DNA of 64,000 nt from Dehalococcoidia bacterium (GTDB taxonomy: Bacteria > Chloroflexota > Dehalococcoidia > Bin125): positions 1,637,520 to 1,701,519 of the forward strand of contig OZ242037.1 in the NCBI GenBank assembly GCA_965205165.1, in the 5' to 3' direction. Below are positions 55,700 to 64,000 of this stretch, in pieces. The position numbers and the translations under genes are program-made. Under the pieces are notes generated by a model. That model saw only the letters and a program-made list of their open reading frames with translations. It was not told where the DNA came from and did not search any database. Every line of letters starts with the position of its first letter. Positions within the stretch are counted from its first letter, which is position 1.

Positions 55700-56409
55700 G
55701 CGGTTCGGCGGGGCCCTGGTATCCGGTCTTCTGGAACCTGCGCGGCCGTCCCGCGCTGGTGATCGGCGGCGGCGAACTTGCGGCCGAGAAAGTCCGCGGC
55801 CTGCGCGCCGCCGAGGCGCGGGTCACCGTCGCCGCTGCCGAGCTCTGCGACGAGCTGCGCCGCGCCGCCGATGCGGGCGAGATCAACTGGACCGGCCGGC
55901 CCCACCGCCGCGGCGGCATGGCCGGCTGCGCGATCGTGATGGCCGCGACCGGCGACGCTGCCGAGAACGCCGCGCTCTTCGCCGAGGCCCGCGAAGCCGG
56001 CGTCCCGATCAACGCCGCCGACGACCCCGCCCACTGCGACTTCATCCTGCCCTCCGTCGTCCGCGACCCTCCCCTCACGCTCGCCATCTCGACCGGCGGC
56101 GCGAGCCCCGCCGTCTCCCGCCGCCTGCGCGAAGAGTTGGCCGACTTCCTCGCCGAAGACGCGGCCGCGCTGACCGAACTGGTCGGCGAAACGCGGACCG
56201 AGCTGCGCCGCCTCGCCGCCTTCGCCCCGATCCCCGCGCAGGCCTGGCAGGACGCCATCGACGGCAAGCTGCGCGCCCTGCTCGCCCAGCGCCGCCGCGG
56301 CCAGGCCAAGGCCCTGCTGCTCGCGCGGCTGGGAACCGCGATCCGGGGCGAACCCGCCGCGCGCCATTCGCTGCCCGCCCCCTGCCCCGCCCTGCGGCCC
56401 GATGCCTGA
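55696..56409 (+). CDS. precorrin-2 dehydrogenase/sirohydrochlorin ferrochelatase (CysG N-terminal/SirC-like)
   Basis: YPVF, LVIGGGELA, NAADDPAHCDFILP, AISTGGASP; TTG start overlapping the upstream stop. Confidence 0.9.
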   Translation: MSGSAGPWYPVFWNLRGRPALVIGGGELAAEKVRGLRAAEARVTVAAAELCDELRRAADAGEINWTGRPHRRGGMAGCAIVMAATGDAAENAALFAEAREAGVPINAADDPAHCDFILPSVVRDPPLTLAISTGGASPAVSRRLREELADFLAEDAAALTELVGETRTELRRLAAFAPIPAQAWQDAIDGKLRALLAQRRRGQAKALLLARLGTAIRGEPAARHSLPAPCPALRPDA

Positions 56410-57301
56410 CACGCTCCGGCTCGGCACCCGCGGCAGCGCACTTTCGCTCGCCCAGGCCGCCGAGGCCGAAGCCGCCCTCGCCGCCGCCGGCTTCCAGACC
56501 GAGCGCGTGATCATCCGCACCCAGGGCGACCGCGACCGCCGCTCCCCCCTCTCCGAAATCGGCGGCCGCGGCGTCTTCGCCCGCGCCCTCGAAGAAGCGC
56601 TCGTCAGCGGCCACATCGACGTCGCCGTCCACTCCGCCAAGGACGTGCCCGCGGCGATGCTCGAAGGAACCGCCCTCGCCGCCGTCCTCCGCCGCGGCGA
56701 CGTCCGCGACGCCCTCGTCTCGCGCGACAACGCGCGCCTCGCCGACCTGCCGCCCGGCGCGAAGATCGGCACCGGCAGCAGCCGCCGCGCCGCCCAACTC
56801 CTCGCCGCACGCCCCGACCTGCAAATCGCCCCCATCCGCGGCAACGTCGACACCCGCCTGCGAAAGCTCGCCGACGTCGAGTTCGACGCCCTGATCCTCG
56901 CCGCCGCCGGCCTCGCCCGCCTCAACCGCCTCTCCGAAGCAACCGAACTCCTCCCCATCAACATCATGCTCCCAGCCCCCGGCCAAGCCGCCCTCCTCCT
57001 CCAAACCCGCGAAGAGGAGGCCGAATCCCTCCAAACCTGCTCCGACCAAGCATCCGAGCAGTCCGTCCGCGCCGAACGCGCAATGCTCCGCGAACTAGGC
57101 CCCGGCTGCACCCTCCCCATAGCCGCCCTAGCCCACGCCCGCGCCAACACCATCACCCTCGCCGCCCGCCTATTGGACGAGCGCGGCGAGCAGCAAATCA
57201 ATGTGCAGCGGAGAGGCGATGACGCGCAAGCGGTAGGGCGAGAGGTTGGTTGGGCGCTGCTTGAGCACGCCACTATGCAGCAGGTAGATTTGGCTTGTTG
57301 A
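56402..57301 (+). CDS. hemC: hydroxymethylbilane synthase
   Basis: GTRGSALSLAQ, AVHSAKDVP, GTGSSRR, IRGNVDTRL, GCTLPI. Confidence 0.96.
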   Translation: MPDTLRLGTRGSALSLAQAAEAEAALAAAGFQTERVIIRTQGDRDRRSPLSEIGGRGVFARALEEALVSGHIDVAVHSAKDVPAAMLEGTALAAVLRRGDVRDALVSRDNARLADLPPGAKIGTGSSRRAAQLLAARPDLQIAPIRGNVDTRLRKLADVEFDALILAAAGLARLNRLSEATELLPINIMLPAPGQAALLLQTREEEAESLQTCSDQASEQSVRAERAMLRELGPGCTLPIAALAHARANTITLAARLLDERGEQQINVQRRGDDAQAVGREVGWALLEHATMQQVDLAC

Positions 57302-57344
57302 CACAACCCCTACAGAGTGTACCCTGACAGTACTGGAGACTGGC

Positions 57345-58016
57345 ATGCCGGACTACGTTTACGTGCTGACAAATGCTGCGATGCCGGGCCTTGTCAAGGT
57401 CGGGCGAAGCAGCAATGTCGCCCAGCGAGTACGCAACCTCTCAAGCCATAGCGGCATCCCGGTGCCGTTCGACATTGAACTGGCGATCGAAGTCACGGAT
57501 GCGAAACGGGTCGAGGCCGCGCTTCACGGTGTACTGCAAGGATCACGCCTCAATCCGAAACGTGAGTTCTTCGAGATTGACGCGGAAGATCTTCGAACCG
57601 TTCTGACCGAGTGTGGGGAAGACGTGACCGCCTCACTGGATGCCCGCCGCGCACCGCCTGCGCTTGGCGATGAGTTGGACGCCCAAGAGGAACCAGTGCA
57701 GCAGCTTGACGACGATGACTTCGAGGCCAGCGAACGCCTGCGCCGCCGGCGGCCGCCCCTCGACTTTCACGAACTCAGCATTGAATCGGGATCCCAGTTG
57801 ACGTGCGCGCGCCCGGGACCATCTGGAGAACCTGAGCAAGCGACGGTCGTTGAACGGAAGCGCGTCGAATTCCGAGAGGAGCAGATGTCCCTGACGCAGG
57901 CAACGCGACTCACGTTGGGACGGAGCTATGATGTGCCACCCCTCCCCTATTGGCGAACAGCAGACGGCCGTCTACTGCAAGACATCTACGACGACTATCA
58001 CGGCCCCCAGAAGTAG
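57345..58016 (+). CDS. GIY-YIG nuclease, T5orf172/MUG113 family
   Basis: YVYVLTNAAMPGLVKVGRS, VPF, EAALH, REFF; GGAG RBS; lower GC. Confidence 0.88.
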   Translation: MPDYVYVLTNAAMPGLVKVGRSSNVAQRVRNLSSHSGIPVPFDIELAIEVTDAKRVEAALHGVLQGSRLNPKREFFEIDAEDLRTVLTECGEDVTASLDARRAPPALGDELDAQEEPVQQLDDDDFEASERLRRRRPPLDFHELSIESGSQLTCARPGPSGEPEQATVVERKRVEFREEQMSLTQATRLTLGRSYDVPPLPYWRTADGRLLQDIYDDYHGPQK

Positions 58017-58043
58017 ATTGGATGGGATTGCCCGTAGACCGAA

Positions 58044-58061
58044 TTGTGAAACAAATCACGC
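58044..58061. promoter_or_regulatory. Rex/CRP-type palindrome upstream of cobA-hemD
   Basis: TTGTGAA-acaa-ATCACGC. Confidence 0.45.
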
Positions 58062-58115
58062 AGCTTATCCAGCAAGGCAGCCAGGAATTCTTGAGGTGCC
58101 TTTAGCCTCTTCCCC

Positions 58116-59696
58116 ATGAACGGGCGCGTGATCCTTGTGGGCGCGGGCATCGGCGATCTGTCAATCACAGTCGCCGGGCTCAACGCGCTGCGCATGGCGG
58201 ATGTGGTCTTGCACGATCGGCTGGTGCCCGCCTCGCTGCTCGGCGAAGCGCGGGGGGATGCGCTGGTGATCGATGTGGGCGTGCGCGGGGGTGAAGAGGG
58301 CGCGGAGGGGCGGCAGGCGGAGATCGTGCGGCGGATGATCGAGTTCGCGCGGGAGGGGAAACTCGTCGTGCGGCTGAAGGGGGGAGACCCGTTCGTGTTC
58401 GGGCGGGGGGGCGAAGAGGTCTCGGCGCTCGTTGAGGCGGGCGTGCAGGTCGAGGTCATTCCCGGCGTCTCGGCTGCGGTCGCCGCGCCGGCGCTGGCGG
58501 GAATTCCGGTGACCGACCGGCGCGCCGCATCGGCCTTCACGGTCGTGACGGGGACGGAAGCGCCCGGCGCGCCGCCCGTCGATTGGCGGGCGCTGGCCCG
58601 CGTCGGCGGGACCATCGTCGTGCTGATGGGCGGCCGCCGCGCGGGCGAGATCGCGCAGCGCCTGATCGCGGCCGGGCTCGATCCCGATACTCCCGCGGCG
58701 GCGATCTCCGCAGCCGGCAGCGCGGAACAAGCCGCCTCCTTCGCGCCCCTCGCCGGCTTGGCAGATGCGATCGCGTCCGCCGGATTGACGACCCCGATCA
58801 CGCTGGCGATCGGCGAAGCCGTCGCGCTCGCCCCCAAATACGCGGAGCATGCGCCCTCCCCCAAGCCCGGCGCCGCGCCGCTCGCCGGCCTGCGCGTGCT
58901 GGTCACCCGGCCGGCGCAACGGGCCGCCCTGCTGGCCCGGATGCTGCGCGAGGCGGGCGCGTCGCCCGTGCTGATGCCCGCCATCGCGCTGCTGCCCCCG
59001 CAAGACGATCACGCCGCAGCCGATGCGGCCGCAGCCGCCCTGAGCGCCGGCGCGTTCGATTGGGCCGCCTTCACCAGCGCCGCCGGCGTCGAGCGCTTCC
59101 ACGACCGGCTCGCGGCCGCCGGACTGGACGCGCGCGCATTCGGCCGCGCCGAGGTCGCCGCAATCGGCCCCGCCACCGCCGCCGCGCTCGCCGAGCACGG
59201 AATCCGCGCCGACCTGATCGCGGAGCCGCACACCACCGCGGCCCTGGCCGCCGCGCTGATCGAACGCGCCCCCGCCCGCGTCCTGTTCGCCCGCAGCGCC
59301 GATGGAGACCCGGCCCTGGCCCGACGCCTGCGCGAAGCGGGAGCGGAGGTGGCCGACGCCGCCATCTACCGCGCCGCCACCGCGCCCGGAGACCCAGCCG
59401 TGCTGGCCGAACTGGCGGCCGGCCGCATCGACGCCGCGACCTTCACCTCGCCCTCGACCGTGCGCGGCCTCGTCGAACTGGCCGGCACCGACGCGCTGCG
59501 TAGCACTTGGATCGCCTGCATCGGCCCGGTCACCGCGGCAGCGGCGCGCGCCGCCGGACTGGACGTCCACGCGGAAGCGGAGCGGCACACCGCGAGGGGG
59601 CTGGTCGACGCGCTGATCTCAGTCCGCGCCGATCCTCAGCACCTGGCCGATCGCCATCCGCATGTAGAGCGCCACGATCACCGCGATCGCGCTTAG
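58116..59696 (+). CDS. cobA: uroporphyrinogen-III C-methyltransferase / uroporphyrinogen-III synthase fusion (CobA-HemD)
   Basis: LVGAG, VVRLKGGDPFVFGRGGEE, then VLVTRP, FTS, AIGPAT, FTSPSTV, CIGPVT. Confidence 0.93.
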   Translation: MNGRVILVGAGIGDLSITVAGLNALRMADVVLHDRLVPASLLGEARGDALVIDVGVRGGEEGAEGRQAEIVRRMIEFAREGKLVVRLKGGDPFVFGRGGEEVSALVEAGVQVEVIPGVSAAVAAPALAGIPVTDRRAASAFTVVTGTEAPGAPPVDWRALARVGGTIVVLMGGRRAGEIAQRLIAAGLDPDTPAAAISAAGSAEQAASFAPLAGLADAIASAGLTTPITLAIGEAVALAPKYAEHAPSPKPGAAPLAGLRVLVTRPAQRAALLARMLREAGASPVLMPAIALLPPQDDHAAADAAAAALSAGAFDWAAFTSAAGVERFHDRLAAAGLDARAFGRAEVAAIGPATAAALAEHGIRADLIAEPHTTAALAAALIERAPARVLFARSADGDPALARRLREAGAEVADAAIYRAATAPGDPAVLAELAAGRIDAATFTSPSTVRGLVELAGTDALRSTWIACIGPVTAAAARAAGLDVHAEAERHTARGLVDALISVRADPQHLADRHPHVERHDHRDRA

Positions 59697-62600
59697 GAAG
59701 ACCAGCCCCAGCACCCCGTAGGCCCCGCCGATCGTGCCCCAGTCCGTCACCGTCACGAACGGCGGCACCAGCCCCTCGCCGGTCACGTCGAAGCCCACGA
59801 ACTCCAGCATCATCACCCCCAGCTGCAGGCCGATCAGCGTGCCCAGCGCCATCGAGACCGCGATGATGAACAACTTCTCCACCCCCACCACGATCAGCAC
59901 CTGCGGCAGCGAGAAGCCCATCGTCCGCAGCACCGCGAACTCCCCCGCCTGCTGCTGCGCCGCCAGGATCGACGCCACCAGGAAGCCCAGCGCCGAGAGG
60001 ATCACGATCGCGATGAACGTGATCAGCAGCAGCCCCTCCCAGCCCGCCGCAACCAGCGGATCCTCGTTCTGCAAGCGCCGCAGCTCCGCAGCGTCGTACG
60101 GCGTGTAGCGCCACGCCGCCCCCGCCGCGAGCGCCCTGTGCAGCGCCGGCAGCTGCTCCTCGTCCGAGATGCCCAGCCACAGCTCGTTCGGCGCGTACGC
60201 GTTCGTCGTCGCCGGATTCCGGTTCACCCGGTACGCGAAATATTCGCGGTTCACCACGATCAGCGACCGCCCGCTGTCCGGATACCAGCTCGGGAACAGA
60301 TCGAACTCCCCCGCGATCCGCACCCGGTGGAACGTGTTCGCCGTCGAGATCCCGATCTCGTCGCCGATCTGCAGCTCCGCGTCTTCCAAGTAGCGCCGGC
60401 TCGCGAGCACCGGGACCGGATCCTCCGGGCCGGCCGCGCGTACGCCGCGCGCCGCCGACCCGACCCGCGTCGTCCACGAGTAGCGCAGCGCCCGCTCGCC
60501 GCTGATCGCGTTCCCGCTCGTCAGCCGCGCCGAATCCGGCAGCGGCTCCCGCCGGCTCTCCGTGAACACCACCCAGCGCCCGTCCTCCTCGAAATCCTCG
60601 ATCACCACGGCGTCCGTGAAACCCGGATTCGGTCCCTCATCCTCGCCCCCGCCTTCCAGCACCGGGCTCAGGTACGGCTGCTCGTCCTCCAGCTCGCCCG
60701 GCTGGTCCCCCGTCGCGCTCCACGACATCTGATCCCACACCACCGCGCCGCTGAACACGTTGAACCCGCCCGGCCGCAGCGCGAACGCATGCACCCGCCA
60801 CGGCCCGGCCTGCGGCTCCGGCCCCGACCGCAGGTTCCCGCGCAGGAACCGCCAGCCGCTCGGATTCTGCCCCCCGCCGAACCCCCGCACCGGCGGCAGC
60901 CCCGCCAGATCGAGATCGCGGATCCGCCCCAGCCCGTCCTCGATCCGGATGAACGGCGTCAGCCCGCCGCGCGATTCGCCGAGCCAGATCCACATCCCCA
61001 CGTGCGTCGCCTCGGCCGGAATTATGGGCAGATCGACGTCGAGCGGCGGCGCCTCCAGCGCCGCCAGCATCGCGCTGATGTCCTCCGCCGCGAAATCGCC
61101 GCGGTACCAGAGCGCCTCCCCGAACGTCTCCGGCTCCACCGCCAGCACCGTCGAATGGATGATGTTGAACTGCCCCCGCGCGCTGCTCGCGTTCACCCGC
61201 GCCGCCGCCGATGCCGTCTCCACCCCCGGCAGGCCCTCCACGTCCGCCAGCAGCATCTGCGCCGACGCCCCGCTCGCGCGGATGTCGGCCAGGCGCAGCG
61301 CCGCCCCCGCCTCGTACGACGCCCGATCATCGAACGAGCGCGACAGCGTCGCCCCGAACGTCCCCCCGAACATGCCCAGGCTGGTCGCCATGATCAGCAG
61401 CAGCGCCAGCCGCCCCGGCTGCAGCGGCGCGCGCGTCAGGTGCCACAGCGCCACCTGCAGCGACGCCCCGCCCAAGCGCCCCGCGATCCAGGCGGCCCCG
61501 CGCAGCAGCAGCGGAAACAGCCGCAGGAACACCACCGCCACCGTCACCACGAACACCGCCGGCGCGATCATCAGCAGCGGATCCTGATCCAGACCCCCGA
61601 ACAGGTCCTCCGTCACCAGCGAGCCCGACTGCTGCAGCTGGAAGAACAACAGCGCCCCCACGCCGACCACGACCAAGTCCAGGTAGTACCGCTGGAACGC
61701 CGGCCGATCCTGCGGCCGCGACGACGCCCGCGCGTAGCGCACCACCGTCGCCCGGTTCGAGCGCCAAGCCGGCCACATCACCGCGATGAACGACAGCGCC
61801 GCCCCGATCCCGGCCCACATGTACGCCTCCCAGGTCAGCTCCGCCGTCAGCCGCGCCCCGCCCGTGATCCCCTCGAACGGCCCCGTGAAGCCCAGCAGCG
61901 CGATCGCCTCCCGCGCCAGAATCGGCCCCACCCCGACCGCCAGCCCGACCAGCAGCACCCCCTCCAGCGCCGAGATGCTCAAGATGTGCCCCAGCCCCGC
62001 GCCGCGGCTCTTCAGCAACGCCACCTCCGGCCCCTGCCGTTCCACCACCATCGTCGACACCAGCACCAGATAGAACAGCACGATCCCCACGATCTGCAGC
62101 GTCAGCACCAGCAGCGGCACCGACGAAAAGAACTCCTTGTTCTGGAATTCGTTCAGCACGTTCACGATCTCGGTCTCGATCCGCGTCCGCTCCACCTCCG
62201 CCGACACCGCCGTGATCATCCGCCGGAACCGCGCCGCTGCCAGCGGCGCGTCGTCGAAGCGGAACGCCGAGCGGTCCACCAGCGCATGCACCTGCAAGCG
62301 CGCCCGCAGCCCCGGCAGGAACCCGCCCATCGCCTCCACGATCGTCCCCTGCGGCGCGAAGAACGCGTACGCGTCCGTCCGCGCCTCGGGCACCCGGAAG
62401 TGATCCGTCCGCCCCGCCCACCAGCGATCCGAATAGTCCAGCGGCTCGACCAGCCCCACCAGCTCGATCGTGATCGGCCGCGCATCGTCCCTCCAGGAGG
62501 CGTGGATCTCCCGCCGCTCGCCCAGCTCGAACCCGCCCGCCTCCGCCGCCGCGGCGCCCATCGACACTTCGATCACCGGCGGCTCGCCGTCGTCCGCGGA

Positions 62601-63116
62601 GGCCGCCGGCGCGGCGTCCGGCATCCGCCCGCTGACCAGCCGGATCTGCTCCTCCACCCCCCCGAACCACAGCACCCGCGCCCGATCCCGCGGATCCTGC
62701 TCCGGCACCGTCCCGCCCGGCTCGGTCATGAAGAAAGTCGCCGACGTCAGCGACCGATTCGTCTCCGACAGGTAGCGGTTGATCGAGCGGAACCGCCGAT
62801 CCACCACCTCGAACGTCTCATCCGCCGCGTCCCGCGCCAGCGGATGCGCCGAGTTCAGCACCCGGACGTCGAGATCGCCGTCCGCCGCCCGCGACAGGTC
62901 CGATTGCAGGCCCAGCTCGCGCAGCGAGTCGCGGTAGATCGCAGTCGACGACATCAGCGCGACCGCGAGGATCACGCCGATCGCCACCGCCGCCATCAGC
63001 CGCTTGTTGCCGCCCAGCCGCCGCAGCGCGATCCGCAGCGCCGCCGGCAGCGCCTGCAAGCCCGCGAGCACGCCGCGCCTCCGGCCGCCGTCCTTGCCTG
63101 TCGGGGGCGCTTCCAT
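59619..63116 (-). CDS. large FtsX-like ABC transporter permease
   Basis: EVALLKSRGA and EFAVLRTMG FtsX motifs; two large extracellular domains. Confidence 0.88.
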   Translation of the reverse strand: MEAPPTGKDGGRRRGVLAGLQALPAALRIALRRLGGNKRLMAAVAIGVILAVALMSSTAIYRDSLRELGLQSDLSRAADGDLDVRVLNSAHPLARDAADETFEVVDRRFRSINRYLSETNRSLTSATFFMTEPGGTVPEQDPRDRARVLWFGGVEEQIRLVSGRMPDAAPAASADDGEPPVIEVSMGAAAAEAGGFELGERREIHASWRDDARPITIELVGLVEPLDYSDRWWAGRTDHFRVPEARTDAYAFFAPQGTIVEAMGGFLPGLRARLQVHALVDRSAFRFDDAPLAAARFRRMITAVSAEVERTRIETEIVNVLNEFQNKEFFSSVPLLVLTLQIVGIVLFYLVLVSTMVVERQGPEVALLKSRGAGLGHILSISALEGVLLVGLAVGVGPILAREAIALLGFTGPFEGITGGARLTAELTWEAYMWAGIGAALSFIAVMWPAWRSNRATVVRYARASSRPQDRPAFQRYYLDLVVVGVGALLFFQLQQSGSLVTEDLFGGLDQDPLLMIAPAVFVVTVAVVFLRLFPLLLRGAAWIAGRLGGASLQVALWHLTRAPLQPGRLALLLIMATSLGMFGGTFGATLSRSFDDRASYEAGAALRLADIRASGASAQMLLADVEGLPGVETASAAARVNASSARGQFNIIHSTVLAVEPETFGEALWYRGDFAAEDISAMLAALEAPPLDVDLPIIPAEATHVGMWIWLGESRGGLTPFIRIEDGLGRIRDLDLAGLPPVRGFGGGQNPSGWRFLRGNLRSGPEPQAGPWRVHAFALRPGGFNVFSGAVVWDQMSWSATGDQPGELEDEQPYLSPVLEGGGEDEGPNPGFTDAVVIEDFEEDGRWVVFTESRREPLPDSARLTSGNAISGERALRYSWTTRVGSAARGVRAAGPEDPVPVLASRRYLEDAELQIGDEIGISTANTFHRVRIAGEFDLFPSWYPDSGRSLIVVNREYFAYRVNRNPATTNAYAPNELWLGISDEEQLPALHRALAAGAAWRYTPYDAAELRRLQNEDPLVAAGWEGLLLITFIAIVILSALGFLVASILAAQQQAGEFAVLRTMGFSLPQVLIVVGVEKLFIIAVSMALGTLIGLQLGVMMLEFVGFDVTGEGLVPPFVTVTDWGTIGGAYGVLGLVFLSAIAVIVALYMRMAIGQVLRIGAD

Positions 63117-63287
63117 CTCGCGGGGCCGGCTCCCATGCGGCGGAACCTCGCGGAACCGCGCCCTGTCCGTGCTGCCTGATCTGCGCTGCTCGCGACTGGT
63201 CGTAGGCTACAGGCCGTTGCCCGGCGCGCCGCCCGCCGGGCCCGCCCGCCCATGCGGGCGACGAGGGGACGCGAGGCGCAGCCGCCC

Positions 63288-64000
63288 ATGGAAACCACCG
63301 CGGCCGTTCTCGGCATCGTCTGGCGGCGCATGCGCGACAGCTGGCGCATCCAACTCGTCATCGCCGCGGGCATCCTCGTCTCGGCCATCCTCATGGCCGC
63401 CACCTCCATCTACACCCGCGCCGTCTCCGACCTCTCCCTCACCGTCACCCTCCGCAACCAGCTCGAAGACCGCCGCCAGCTCTTCGTCAACTCCGACGGC
63501 GTCCTTGCCAGCGCCTCCTCGGCCTCCGTCGGCCGCTTCGTCGAGGACACCCTCGTCCGACGCTGGGGCCCGCTCGAAACCGACCGCCGCCTCTTCCAGC
63601 GCTCCGTCGACCTGTCCGCCGACGTCGAGCGCCGCCCCGGCTCCGTCCAGGACCCCTCCGTCTTCTTCGCCTCGCTCGACGGCGCTCGCGCCAACCTCGA
63701 AATCGCCGCCGGCGCATTCCCAAGCCCGCCCGTGCTCGATCTCGATGGGCGCATCGCCGGCCCCGTGCCCGTCGCCGTCCCCGCCGTCGTCGCCGCCTCC
63801 TTCGGCCTCGAGCCCGGCGACGCCTTCCGCATCATCGACGAGTTCGACGAATGCGACCGCGAACCCCCGCCCCCGCCCGGCGGCCCGCCGCCGCCCGAAC
63901 GCCCACCGTGCAGCCCCACCCTGCGCGTCTCCCGCACCGTCGAAGTCCGCGTCGACGCCGTCGTGCGGCCTGATGACGCCGGATCCGACTACTGGCGCAG
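63288..64000 (+). CDS. second FtsX-like permease (partial, divergent paralog)
   Basis: METTAAVLGIVWRRMRDSWRIQLVIAAGILVSAILMAATSIY aligns with LRIALRRL...AIGVILAVALMSSTAIY of 59619..63116; open to the window end. Confidence 0.8.
   Translation, partial: METTAAVLGIVWRRMRDSWRIQLVIAAGILVSAILMAATSIYTRAVSDLSLTVTLRNQLEDRRQLFVNSDGVLASASSASVGRFVEDTLVRRWGPLETDRRLFQRSVDLSADVERRPGSVQDPSVFFASLDGARANLEIAAGAFPSPPVLDLDGRIAGPVPVAVPAVVAASFGLEPGDAFRIIDEFDECDREPPPPPGGPPPPERPPCSPTLRVSRTVEVRVDAVVRPDDAGSDYWR

Noticed and set aside
57345-58016. Group I intron-encoded endonuclease
   Set aside because: The ORF is intergenic and the flanking genes are uninterrupted.

Overview
High-GC bacterial chromosomal window. Gene content suggests Chloroflexota/Dehalococcoidia (nuo operon without nuoEFG, GTAC-N4-GTTT box before lexA, thyX); this is inference. 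The backbone holds nuoA-B-C-D-H-J-K-L(partial), valS, secA, thyX, lexA, holA-dnaN, hemB-pyrE-lepB, cysG(N)-hemC-cobA/hemD, many CoA/fatty-acid catabolic genes and two divergent large FtsX-type permeases. Seven small, mostly lower-GC accessory cassettes with no integrase or transposase interrupt it: (1) a type IIG-like R-M gene frameshifted at a G20 tract, (2) tandem DUF3800 genes with a small membrane ORF and a downstream hairpin-rich region, (3) a HEPN-like/46-aa-repeat/RCC1 protein, (4) a PIN toxin with an atypical partner, (5) two secreted/lipoprotein genes, (6) a dcm-vsr-endonuclease module, (7) a T5orf172 GIY-YIG gene. Core DNA left of each cassette is C-rich and DNA right of it is G-rich on the + strand, whatever the gene orientation. 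No rRNA, tRNA, CRISPR array, reverse transcriptase or transposase was seen. All calls come from motif recognition by eye; no searches were run.
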